Assembly (NCBI GenBank): GCA_023213395.1
Contig: CM041465.1
Span: forward strand, 199,337,741 to 199,401,740
Origin: Cycas panzhihuaensis
Lineage: Eukaryota > Plantae > Cycadophyta
Direction: 5' to 3'
Length of the DNA stretch: 64,000 bases
Shown: piece after piece, positions 51,530 to 64,000 of the stretch
How the letters are laid out: each line of letters begins with the position of its first letter
Numbering within the stretch: position 1 is the first letter of the stretch
The notes under the pieces: model-generated
Databases searched by the model: none
What the model saw: only the letters and a program-made list of their open reading frames with translations
What the model was told of the DNA's origin: nothing
Program-made: the position numbers and the translations under genes

Positions 51530-54500
51530 TCATAATGTCCATTATGTAAGACTCCAAGTTTATCTCTAAATTTGTGGAACTTGATCTTTCCCAATGGCTT
51601 TATAAATATATTAGTTGTTTGATCTTTAGTATTGCAATATACCAACTTGATCTCACCTACTTGAACTAATTCTCAAATGAAGTGATGTTGAATTTTAATG
51701 TGTTTGGTTCTACCATAAAATACTAGATTCTAAGTCATCTAAATGACACTTTGATTATCACACCAAATCTTGGTTGGCCCTTTTTGTTCCATTTGAAGAT
51801 CTTGTAGGAGTTGTCATAACCATATAGTTTCACATGCACTTGAAACTGTTGCTTTATATTCTACTTCTATTATAGATAAAGAAACTATATTATGTTTCTT
51901 GGTGCTCCATGCTATAGCTACTAAACCCAAACTAAATGTATATCTTGAAGTAGATTTCCTATCATCAATGTCTCCTACCCAATCTGAATCTGTATACCTA
52001 GTCAACTAGAAGTTTGGTGAAAGTTTATAATGCAACCCATATTCTATTGCGCCCTTCAAGTATCGTAAGATCCTTTTTACTACTTGCCAATGAGTAGACT
52101 TGGGATTTTGCATAAATCTGGACACTACACTGACTGTATACATAATGTCTAATCATGTTAAAGTTAGATAAATCAAGCTACTAATTAATTGTCTATAGAG
52201 TGTGGGATCCACATATGAAAAATCAAGAAGTTTAGATAACTTAATCCCAGCTTCAGCAAGTGCAGCTAAGTCTTTGTAATCATTCATCTTAAACTTTTGG
52301 AGTAAGTCCAAGGTATACTTTCTTTGGAAAATAAAGATGCCATCTTCTTCTTTCCTTATATATATCTTCTTTAAATTTTTGTGAAAGATAGGAGTCATTT
52401 CCTATGTAGACAATATCATCTACATAAAGTCCTACTATTAGGATGAAATCTCCTTTAATCTTAATATACAATTTTAGATCCAATTGAGATTTTTCAAATT
52501 CTTAGTTTCTAAAATATTTATCGATTTAGGAATGATATGCCTTAAGTGTTTATTTTAGTCCATAAAGTATCTTTTTAAGCTTATACACTTTGTCTTCTTC
52601 CTCCCTTACTTCAAAACCTTGAGGCTAATAGACATAAATATCTTCTTCAATATACCCATTAAGAAAGGCACTTTTAACATCCATTTGGTGAATATCCCAT
52701 CTCTTTTGCATAGCCAAACTCAACATCATGTGAACAATTTCCATACAAGTGACAGGAACAAATGCTTCACTATAGTCTATGCCTTCTCTTTGGGCATAAC
52801 CTTTTGCAACAAGTTTAGCCTTATGTTTATTAATTAATCTATCATATTTGAACTTAGTTTTATAAACCCATTTGGTACCAATAGCCTTTTTGTTGGGAGG
52901 AAGGTCAACCAGTTCCCATGTATCATTTTTTACTATGGAGTTATATTCTTCTTCCATTACTTTTCTCTAATCTTCATGCATATTGGCCTTGTCAAAGGTA
53001 TAAGGCTAATGAGTCTCCATAACTTGACTCATAAGGGCAAAATTCACCCTATGGGAATGAGTAGATATTTTATTATAGTCATTTTCTAATATATTATCCA
53101 TGTTGTGGTTTCTTTAAACCCATTTAGGAAATCTTTATGGTGGAGGTTGAGAGGTTCTCTCCCCACTTGCTACATCAATAATTTGTCTTGAGTATTATTT
53201 AGGTGCTACATATATGGACCTAGTGGTTGAATCAAGATTTATTATGACACCTTTTCCTTTGTCTTGATTATAATCAATGTGATAACAATCATTTTCTTAG
53301 AAGATAATATCTCCATTCACCATAACTTTTTATGTTTTAGGATCATAGACCTTAAGATTTGGAGGCATCGTTGAGCTAATGAATATATATTTGGTGTTAT
53401 GATCATCTAGCTTATTCCTTTTTTGTTCAGGGACATGGCCATAAGCTAAGCAACCAAAAACTCTTAATTGGTGGATACTAGGTTTGTATCTAGTCCATGT
53501 TTATTTAGGTGTCATCTATCTAAGGAGTTTGGTGGTATACCTATTGAGTAAATAAATAGCAATGTGGATTACCTCAGCCCAAAATTCATGTTCCAATCTT
53601 TTGCTCTTTAATATATACTTAGCCATCTCAACTATGGTGTGGTTCTTTCTTTTAGATACACTGTTTTGTTGAGGGGTATAGGGATTTATAAGTTGTCTCT
53701 CGATTCCATAATATGCACAATAGGCCTTAAACTCATTTGAGATGAACTTTCCCCCATTGTTTGATCTTAGGGAGGGGATCTTATGTCCACTTTGCCTCTC
53801 TATATAGGTTTTGAAGTCAATAAAGTGTTGGAATATATTAGACTTAAACTTTAAGAAGTAAATCCAAGTTTTCTTGTATAATCATCAATAAATGTGATGA
53901 AATACTTAACACGTCTTAACAAAGGAACATCCATGGGACCATAAAGATCTGTGTAGACTAGTTTGAGTGGTCCTTTTACTCTATAGCTACCATTTGAAAA
54001 ACTCTTTATGTTGTTTTCCAATGAGACACCCTTCACAAATATTTTTGTCCACTTTAATGTGTGGTAACCCATCAACCATGTCTATCTTCTTCATGAGTGC
54101 CAAGTTATTATAATTTAAATGACCAAATCTCTTATGCCATATATCACTGTTAAGCTTAATTGTTGTTCTTAAAGCATAGTTATATGAAGGAGTGAGAACT
54201 AGCTTGAAAAGTTTATCTTTGGTTATATTACCTTTAGCAACTACTACCTTGTTCTTTCTTTTATCCTTAATGGTGCATTCTCCATTGTCAAATATAACTT
54301 TGTAATCTTAACCCATCATCTGCCCTACTGATAAAAGATTCTTTTTCAATGTTAGAACATAAATTACATCATCTAGATGTCTGTATTTACTTGCTTCAGT
54401 CTGTAGGATGACATTACCTCTACCAATAAATTCATGAGATGTGTCATCTCCAAACATAATAGACCCCTTTCTAGTTATATCCATGGTTTAAAATATGTTT

Positions 54501-55712
54501 TGTTTGTGGGTTATATGGGTGGAACAACCAAAATTGATATACCAACTATCATCTTCTTCCACATAAGCAATAAAACTGGATAAAAATAGCCAATTATTCT
54601 CTCTTATTTCCACAGTTATATTGGCACTTCCCTTAGTGGGTGGACCATGTTTGGTAAAATATTTATCTTCTATATGACCAACTCTATTACAAAATGAGCA
54701 GTGAAGTGAATCCCTTCTCCTAAAACTAAGGCTTTTTCTACGATGATTGGTCCTATCAACATGGGATGGTCTACCTCTTTCCACATATAGGGCTTGATTA
54801 TCCCTTTGTCTATTATTGGGATAGTTGATGCTGGTCCTTTGAGATTGAATGTCCCCTTGACAATTATGATAGCATTGGTTTATCCCACGGTGCCTTTCTT
54901 GACTTTGATATTGATTTTAGCTAGAATTCCTTTGATTTACTCATTATCATCTTTGATGTGTAGCTTGATATCTTGCTTACCTTTCTTGGCATAGTTCTTA
55001 TCTAGGGTTTATTTCTCTCCCCCTTGAAAATTGATCCCTAGATTTGGAGGTTCCATCTTGTGAGTTTGATTATATCCATACCTTGGTTGCAAAGGCATAC
55101 TCAAGTGACTCACCTGTATTCTTATTCTCCTCAACTGCAATCAACATGGTACTTAGTTGTTTAGTTTTCAAAGTAATCAAATCGTTTGACATCTCTATAT
55201 TGGTTGCAACCATTTCAAACATTTTTACTTCACCAACACACCTTAAGATTCTCTCAATAACCCTTTGCTCTGTTAATGTTTCTCTAAGGGATCTCATTTG
55301 ATTAATAAGGTCTTAGATTGGTCATAAATTCTATAATTGATTTGATAGGCAGCATCCTTAAGTTCTTAAATCTGCTCCTTAAAGTTTATAGCTTGGATGA
55401 AGCTACCCCTTCATAAATCAACTATAAGATATCCCAAGATTCCTTAGAATTTATTACCTCACTTACCTTAGGAAATATATGATCGTTTAAGGCACAAAAT
55501 ATTAAAGCAAGGGCCTCATTGTCCTTCTTTACATTCTCCTTATATGTTATTTTCTCTAGATCTATTAGATTTTGTTCTAGTTCCATGTATCTTGTTCTCA
55601 CAATATCCCACACATCTTTGGCGATGAGGATGGGTCTCATCCTCCCACTCCAATTCAAGAAATTAGACCCATAAAACTTTGGAATAATCATATTGCCAAA
55701 ATTAGCTGCCAT
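51530..55712 (-). pseudogene. Copia-B gag-pol
   Basis: PKFYGSNFLNWS, CSFCNRVGH, WYINFGCSTH, LVYTDLYGP, HKAKLVAKGY, LYVDDIV and YTDSDWVGD. Confidence 0.95.
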
Positions 55713-57819
55713 TATATCTTAACTAAAGTCTTGATAAATATCCTTTAATAAAATATCCTCAAGGTATAGTTGCCCAAATAAGGTTAATAAAATGTCCTTA
55801 ATATTATAGTTATCCTAAATAAGATTTTGTAGTTATTCGAAACAAAGTTTAATAGTTGTCCCAAAATATTTAATAAGTTTTTTAGTCCCTAAAAAATTTT
55901 CTAGGCTCTAAGTTTGTGGGTCTCCAAGGGAAGCCTTCAGTTATTATCATGTCTAGTGATGCCTGCCCACAAGTGGCAAATCAAAGACCTAATATACTGG
56001 TACATGAGCTCTTGGCTTGATATATCTCAGTATATGGCCTACAAAGAAGGTGCTAGACCCCCTTGACTTGTTTATCCATCCGCACTAATCTTATGCGTAG
56101 TAATGAATCTAATGGTGATGAATTTACAACTAAGGCACTCACCCTCTCCAAGTCTAGCCTTGGTCTTTGAACTCTAGAATTATATAGGTTTCTCACCTCA
56201 GCTAGCCACCTAATACACCTAATATCCAGTGACTTTCCTCATCTAATATAAGTATTTTTATAAGCTTTTTCCTTATAATCAATCTTCTCTATTGATAATA
56301 AAAGTGCTATATTATTATCCAATATTCTTGTTTTAGTGCTAAAAATTGAAGAATATTAGGATAAGTTTATCCTAAGTGGTATTAGAGCCAAGTTCTGGAT
56401 CCATCTAAAGAATCAAATCAGCAAGAGAAGTAAAAAAATAGGGAAATTTTTTTCCCTTGGTAAACTTTAAAAACCCTCTCCCACATCTATTTGTATTTTC
56501 TATGTTGTTATTATTTTGTGAAATCCTACAATCAACTGTAAGTGGGTAGCAATATCCCTCTAGCCCTTTGTTCCCTAATTATTAGTTAGAAACCCTATGC
56601 TAGGGATCTTTAAATATCATAGTGAACTGTTATTCTCAACCAAGTGTACATGGATATATACTCATGTATGAAGCAAAGCAAATCACATCACTTATATAGG
56701 CCTTAGACAGTATCTAGTTATGGAATCAAACCTCCATGTACCCTCATGTATATTGAAGAACCTTTTTAGGTTCCGCCTTTCTTACTTAGTATAGGAAAAT
56801 TGTCAGCCACATATCCTCTATAGTACACTAGTTAGCAATTAGCACCAAAAAGCTACCCTTCTCAAACATCTCTACATGGATTTCGTCACTACAAGAATGA
56901 ATATTCCTCTATAATTAGTGCCCTAAGATATTAGGTTGAGCATCAGTATCGATAGAGAAGTTTAATAAAGGGCCTATAGAACTAGGTAATCTTGTGTTCA
57001 AGTCTAGTAGATTCATAATTCCTTTTGAGACTATTGTACTTCCATCAGATTAATTGAGACTATAAAAATTTAACATAATAGCATAATTATCATGTGCCAT
57101 TGATAAAATTTCATATAATAATATAATTATCAAGTACCACTTAACCAAAATTTTATAGTAACATAGTATTAACACCAAAATCTGGCATACAACATTAGCA
57201 ATATAATAGTATAATCCTATATCATAAAGTCCTTATCATATTATGTCTAAACCTTTAGTTCAAATTTTGACTCTAACACCCAATTTAAGTCCAAAGTCTA
57301 CCCTTCTTAAATAAATAAAGGCCTTTTACTTGGTCTATAGGGTTACTTTAAAAAATACTTCTCTATTTCAAATGAAACCTACATTAGTAGACTTGGATTA
57401 AAAAAAAGTCCATGGCCCAAAAATCACCCTATAAATTTATAAGTCTTATTTCAATTAACACATCACACTGGTCATTTTTCACTAGGATAACTTTACCTAT
57501 AATTTTCAGAGTATAATGATATATAGGTATCCCATGGGCTCCATCACTCAAATTCACCCTTAAATCTCACCTATGCTATATTGGCAAGCTTTTTGCACTT
57601 ATCTTAATACATTAGGTGATATTATTAAACATTTTTAGGGGTCAACATGCTATAGACACCTCCCCCCCACCCTTTCTCCTACCCATCTGTATTAGTCCCT
57701 AATTATTTAAAATCGCATTCTATCTATCTTTCCTTCCCTCTTCATGAATACACTTCTTCTTGCTCCACCCCCTTTCTTTGTAAACCCTTCTTCTATTCAC
57801 AATACTAGATTCTACATCT

Positions 57820-58680
57820 ATGACATTTGCTCAAGTAAATTACACCTAGGTATATGAGGTTTAGTTTGAAGAAATGACACATAGAATTGAGGCACTAAAT
57901 AAAAACCCAATAGGTTTAGATTGTTATGTCAAGGATTCCACTTGAAAGCAAGATTCATTTAACCAAAAATTGGATGTCTACAATTAAAAACATAATACCT
58001 TTGATAAAAAAATTAGATAGAATATTCATGTTTATATAATTCAATTCCCATGTTCCACCCACAAGTCCATCCACCTCCAATAACTTAGGACCCCTTCCCC
58101 TACCATTTTATACTCCATGATAGTAGCATGTCCATCATAAAATCAATGTATATAAAATCAACGTACCAACTTTTAACCCTAATCTCAATAGGGACCTAAC
58201 ATAAAGTTGGATGAGTAAGACATAATCATGTTTCACCTTAAATCCCATGTTAGTAACAAAATAGTTAATATTTACATCAATCCATTTAGATGGAAAAGCA
58301 TATGATTGGTTTCAATAGTAGTAAAGAGAGAATCTAATTAACCAAATATGGGACTTATTCTTTAAAAGTTTCTCTGAGCAATATGATAACACAAGGAACT
58401 ACTCCTTTAGTTAGCTCACTAGGTTAAGAGAGACAACATTAGTAGAAACATGTACGAATGAGCTCTAGGCATTATAAAATCTCTTAACCACTCAATCACT
58501 AATCTCTTACTAATATTTATATTTTAGGCTTAAAGAGCATATCTAGATGCATTTAAAAGTTAGTACTTTATACACCTTAAAAGATGTCATCTCTATAGTA
58601 AGAGTAGTCAAAGTAGAATTCATTACAAAACACTCATATGCCTTTAAGTGAGACTCTTCATGGTACTAATATCCACGTCA
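57820..58680 (+). pseudogene. Element D gag
   Basis: KINVPTFNPN...SWM, SIHLDGKAYDWF and LTRLRETTLVE. Confidence 0.75.
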
Positions 58681-58739
58681 TTTAGATTAGCAACATTAAC
58701 ATCTTTAATTAGAGGAAGTGTAAAACCCAATAATGGAAC

Positions 58740-60441
58740 CCCCTATTACTATGTGGCCTATGCCTAAAAATCTTACTAAGTTATGAGCCTTCTTAGGACT
58801 CATAGGGTTTTATTAATAGCTTATTTGAAATTATGCCTCTTTGGCAACCCCTTTAACTAACTTATTATAGAAAGATGCATTGCGATGGTCACAAGAGACA
58901 AAGTAAGCTTTTAATAATCTTAAGTCTATTATGACCTCTACCCCTATTCTAACCATCCCTAACTTCTCCCAACCCTTCTGATTAGAATGTGATGCTTTAG
59001 GATTTGGCATAGGTGCCATTCTTATGTAAAACTTTCACTCAATAACATTTGAGAGTCATAAACTTAAAGACCATGAATGTTACTCGTTGACATATCAAAA
59101 GGAAATAAAAGCTATTTTGCATGCCATTAATAAATAACATCAATATCTTCTAGATTCTAAGTTCACTATCTTAATAGATCAGCATAGCCTTTGTTGCCTT
59201 CTTGATCAATTAGTTTTATTAGAAGAGTAAGCTAAGTGGATTGATTACCTTTAAGTATTTAATTTCACTATTGCATACAAAAAAGTAAAGAAAATGTGGT
59301 TGTCGATGCACTCTCCTAACTTCCCACAAAGCCCCTCACCAATAAACTCATTCTTCATGCAATTTCTAAATCATAACCATTATGGTTAATAGACATGGTA
59401 GCTGAAAATCTATCCTAGCCAGATTTTGATAAATAGACTTTTAAAGTTTATAGCCACAAAGATTTATCCTTACACAACTCTAAACTCTTATACCAAAATC
59501 ATATTTTTATTCACCCTACTCCATCTTTCATACCCCCAAATTTTATCTAAATATCATTCTACTCCCTTTTCAGGATTTGATAAAATATATTACTATATCT
59601 AATCAAATTTTTACTAACCTAATATAAAATCCTCTACTCTTGTGTTTGTCTCTGAATGTGTTCCTCACCAAAGGAATAAGGTTGATATAAAAGCTCAATC
59701 AGGCCTTCTCTAACCTCTACATATACCTCAAGGTAAATGGCAAGATGTTATTATGAATTTCATCACAAACTTATAACTATCTAATAGGTTTGACTTAATA
59801 TTAATAGTCATTGATAAACTCATAAGTATGTACATTTTTTACTTGTTTACACTTCATACAAAGCCTCTTGCTTGGCTGATCTCTACACTTTATACATTGA
59901 TTCTAGTTTTTGCCTTTATGATTTTCCATTAACAATAGTCTACAATTAAGATCCCAAATTCACCAACATATTTTAGTAAGAACTCTTTCAAGCTTCTAGG
60001 ACCTCGTTCAACATGAGCTCAACTTACCATCTGTAAACCAGTGGTTAATCAAAAGTCTTGAATAAGATATTAGAAACGTATTTATGATGCTTTGCGTCTA
60101 AACATTAGCACAAATGGACCTTATGGCTAGCTCTTATAGAGTATTGGTATAACTTGTCCACCACTCAACTATTGACACATCCCCTTTTATGGCCCTCTAT
60201 AAATATCCCCACCCATCTCATCATACTCTTATCATAAATCTTTGTACTACCATAGTCTAATAAAAACTCTAAGATATGGACCAGATTCTTCATACACTTA
60301 AATAAAACCTTGTAGTGGTCCAAAATCACATAAAATATCTCATCAACTACCACCATTCTAATCAATCATTGGACATGGGTGATTTCATTTTCCTTTAACT
60401 TCAACCATATAAGCAATAGTCCCTTAAACATCATAAAAGTC
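58740..60441 (+). pseudogene. Element D RT-RH linker, RNase H and integrase
   Basis: WPMPKNLTKL*AFLGLIGFY, LECDALGFGIGAIL, NVVVDALS, MNFITNL, DPKFT and SSTYH. Confidence 0.9.
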
Positions 60442-60861
60442 TGTTGAGAAAATCTGGTTCTAAATAACCAAATCTGCTACCAAGATCTATTCCATTTTAC
60501 AACAAGAACAAGATTTAAAATTATAATCAAATGCAAGTACATAAACTAGAGATCATTCAACACATACATGAAAAATATAAGCATTTCAAAGTACACTAGA
60601 TTTGACATGGTAAAACCCTAGCAGGGTGCTAAGGAAACATCTACCTAAGAAAGGTATTAAGCTTTATTGATCAATAATAGAAATCTATATAACAATTTCC
60701 ATAGAGTTCTCACAGTAGCAACAACACAACCATAAGCAAAAATTACCTAATTTAGGTTACATTAAGAGTGTCATAAGAAGGTATAAAATCTCAACCATCA
60801 AATTTAGGGCCTTTTTTATGAATGACCCTAATTCTCTTTACTATTTGATAGGTTTTGAACC
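60442..60861 (-). repeat. Truncated 3' LTR of Copia-C
   Basis: Colinear with 63274-63693. Confidence 0.9.
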
Positions 60862-63202
60862 ATGTAGATCTTCTTGCAAATGGTTGAGGAGTGTCCTCAT
60901 ATTCTTATATTTATCCTGTAGGTTCATCTTTAGAAAACTCTTCCTTCTTTTTTACTTCTAAAGATGGTCAGATTTCAAACTTTACCTATTAATGTTTTAT
61001 TTTTTTTTCTTATTTTGTCTCAACTTCTATAATGTCTAATTTTAGGAAGGGAGATTTATTAAATACCACATCTATATTAATGATGATTTTGTGGATAGTA
61101 GAATCACATAACCTATATCCCTTAACTCCATCCTTATCACCATACCTAACAAAGATGTATTCCACAACTTGTATTCCTTAGCTCCATCCTTATCACCATA
61201 CCTAACAAAGATGTATCCTCTAGATTTGGGGTCTAATTTTATATGCTAATTTTTATCAGTCAAAGCATAAGTATCACAACCAAATATTTTCAAATTTGTA
61301 TAATCACATGGGCATACTATCCATACCTCTTTAGGAATTTTGCATTACATTGCAACTAATGGTGATATATTTACCAGATAGCAAGTTGTTTGAACTACTT
61401 CTACTCATAAGTCCTGCTCCACACCTACATTACTGAGCATACTCCTTGCTCTTTCTAAAAGTGTTCTGTTCATACATTCTGCAATGCCATTCCACTATAA
61501 AGTATAACTTGTGGTTTTATGTCTTTTAATCCCTAATTCTCTACAATAGTTTTTAAACTCCAAAGAAGTGAACTCACCTCCATTATCTATTTGTAAGTAC
61601 TTAATTGACCTGTCTGTGTTCATTTTAACCAAATCTTTAAACTACTTAAATACACTGAATGCTTTAGATTTTTTTTTTCAGAAAATAGACCCACACCTTC
61701 CTAGAGTAGTCATCTATGAATGTAATAAAATATAATGACCCTCCATAAGATATCATAGGGGATGGTCCCCATACATCTGAATGGACATAATCTAAAATAC
61801 CTTTACTTATGTGACTCCTTACTTTAAATATGAGTTTATGCTACTTTCCAAAGATACAATGTTTATAAAATGTTAAATCTAGAAGCTTCAAGTCATGAAG
61901 TAACTTATGGTTCATTAGCTCTTTCTGTATTTTCTCACACATGTGACCCAACCTTTAATGCCATAACCGAGTAGAATCTTATGTTATCTATGATACTATA
62001 GCTGCTTGTTTAATTTTTGTACCTTCCAAGAGAGTGTAAAAGGTTTCCTTTCTTCAAAGCCTTCATTATAACTAAGGCGCCCTTTGACACCTTCATAACT
62101 CCTCCATGACCTAGAATCTAATCCACCCAAAGAAATCAAGTTTCTTTTAAGTTTTGGTACATATATTACTTGTGTCAAGGTTCTCACTACACTATTAAAC
62201 ATCTCGATCCTTATGCTACTAAATCCCAATAATTTTATAGAAAACATCATTTCCCATAAGAACATCACCACCATTAAGAGGTTGGTATGAAGAAAACCAA
62301 CTCTTGTGCGGACACGTGGTGAGAATCACTTAAATTTAACAACCAATCATGATGGTAATGAGAAACATTACATGCAACTAATACTTCATCATCCATACCT
62401 TGACTTGATTCTGCCTGATTTACCTCCTTCGCAGAGTCTTTCTTCTTGTAAAACTCCTTCCTCTTCCAACAGTTCTTCTTGAGGTGCCCTGTCTTACTAC
62501 AATGCCAAGATCTTGCCTTACCCTTCTTGCCTTTTGACTTCAATCTTGATGTATTTATGGAACTTTGTCCTCTTTCAATGGATCTACTACTTATTGTCAT
62601 AACTTTTAGTGTGGAGGTTTCTAAACTATATTTCCTCCCCACCTCTTCAGTCATCAAAGCACTCACAACAAAGTCATAATCTAGCTCATCAATAGTACTA
62701 AAGCTAATGGAGGTGACAATGGTGTCCCAAGACTCAAGTAATAATCATAACAAAGTTACTACCTTGTCTTCATCTTCTATATTTACACCAATGCAAGTCA
62801 ATTGACATATAAGAGTATTAAAGATATTTAGATGGTTATATATTTTGGTACCTTACTTCATTTGCAATGAATACAATTGCCTCTTCAAGTAAATTTAATT
62901 AGTCACAGACTTTACCATATACAAGCCTTCTAACTTGGTCCATAATCTTACTACTAATTTTTCTCTACTATATTAAAAAGAACTTCATTTGCCAAGCACA
63001 AATATATTATGCTGAGAGCTCTTTTATCCAAGTCCTCCCATTTATCATCATCCATTCTTAAGGGTTTCTTTGACTGGCCCTCCAAGGTTATGCATAATCC
63101 ATGTTGCACCAGAATATCATATGCTTTGAGCTTCCACAACTTGAAGTTGTTTTTCCTATTGAACTTCTCCACCTTAAACTTTGCATTTGTTACTTTTGCC
63201 AT
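60862..63202 (-). pseudogene. Copia-C gag, protease and integrase (RT and RNase H absent)
   Basis: [62 protein letters not shown] and VKGYRL. Confidence 0.9.
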
Positions 63203-63273
63203 TTGATGTAGAAAGAACTAGTACTAAACCCTTCACACACTTGCTACAAAATATAAGTAGCTATGATACCAAT

Positions 63274-63892
63274 TATTGAGAAAACATGGTTTTAAATAAC
63301 TAAATCTACCACCAAGATCTATTCTATTTTATAATAAGAACAAGATTCAAAATTGTAATAAAATGCAAGTATATAAACTAGAGATAATTGAATGCATACA
63401 CAAGAAAAACATGAGCATTACCAAATACACCAGATTTAATATGGTAAAACCCTAGCAGGGTGCTAGGTAAACATCCACACAAGAAAGATATCAAGCTTTA
63501 TTGATCAAGAATGGAAATCTGTACTAGAGTGACCACAGAGTTCTCATAGCAATAACAACATAACCACAAGTAAAAATTACCTAATTTGATTCATATGAAG
63601 AGTGCCATAAGAAGGTACAAAATCTCAATCATTAGATATATGGCCCTTTTGATGAACGACCCTATTCTCTTTATTGTTTGATAGGTTTTGAACCCTAAAA
63701 TTTTACTTCAGGGGTTGTTGCCCTTGAACCCCTATTTGTAGGGGAGGGGGGTTTGGCTCCCCTTCGCACCCCCCCAGCTAAAGGGGGTTGTTGCCCCCCT
63801 TGGATACCCCCATGAAAAGTTTGTGGGGAAAATCGCATCGAAAATAAGTTAAAATTTTAGTCTCCTTATACATTGTTATCACATACTCAATA
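63274..63892 (-). repeat. 5' LTR of Copia-C
   Basis: Bounded by the PBS and the TSD; contains a G/C-tract hairpin module. Confidence 0.9.
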
Positions 63893-63897
63893 AAGTC

Positions 63898-64000
63898 AAA
63901 AGTTAAGTCCCTATTATTATGGCCTATATAAAGTTCTTTAATGAATTGATGAAGTTACCTGTACACTTGAAATCCCTCCTCATATAAAAATCCATAACAT
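63898..64000 (+). pseudogene. Element D integrase GPY/F module
   Basis: HKSQ|KLSPYYYGLYKVL...TLEIPPHIKIHN, continuous across the Copia-C TSD. Confidence 0.85.

Larger units (their letters stand above)
51201..55910 (-). mobile_element. Ty1/Copia element B (5' LTR not in evidence)
   Basis: 3' LTR 51201-51522 after PPT atgagggagaa; complete degenerate gag-pol; PBS remnant ggctcta at ~55904-55910. Confidence 0.9.
60442..63892 (-). mobile_element. Tnt1/Tork-like Ty1/Copia element C, internally deleted, nested in the integrase of D
   Basis: Perfect TSD aagtc (60437-60441 and 63893-63897); 5' LTR 63274-63892; partial 3' LTR 60442-60861; PBS tggtatcatagc at 63260-63271. Confidence 0.92.
55915..64000 (+). 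mobile_element. Chromovirus-like Ty3/Gypsy element D (related to C), PR-RT deleted, runs off the window
   Basis: PBS tggtattagagcc at 56377-56389; leader and gag similar to element C; RNase H and integrase present; GPY/F module resumes after 63897. 5' LTR start uncertain. Confidence 0.8.

Overview
AT-rich, strongly CpG-depleted plant nuclear DNA. The element types resemble those of gymnosperms (inference). No intact host gene is recognisable; the window is a pile of nested retrotransposons that can be reconstructed almost completely. (1) An old + strand L1-type LINE (~1590-19300) is split into four pieces by a 5'-truncated Copia, a ~1.6 kb LTR-like insert, and an 8 kb Tat/Ogre-like Gypsy derivative with ~2.75 kb LTRs. 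(2) A minus-strand chromovirus Gypsy (19445-43388) holds two solo LTRs, a one-ended LTR fragment, a young tRNA-derived SINE and a second Tat/Ogre-like derivative. That derivative's 5' LTR holds another chromovirus whose gag-protease block is inverted and carries a non-coding LTR element flanked by a ~123-bp duplication. (3) A young, GC-richer, RNase H-bearing L1 has a 16-bp TSD (44408-48961). (4) A minus-strand Copia (51201-55910) is followed by a + strand chromovirus-like Gypsy that runs off the window and contains an internally deleted Tnt1/Tork-like Copia. The best candidate for something undescribed is a non-autonomous gag-retaining Tat-like family. Its two diverged members share the same pol deletions, and in one member the giant LTRs appear to carry a decayed ORF. 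All alignments were done by eye; no searches were run.
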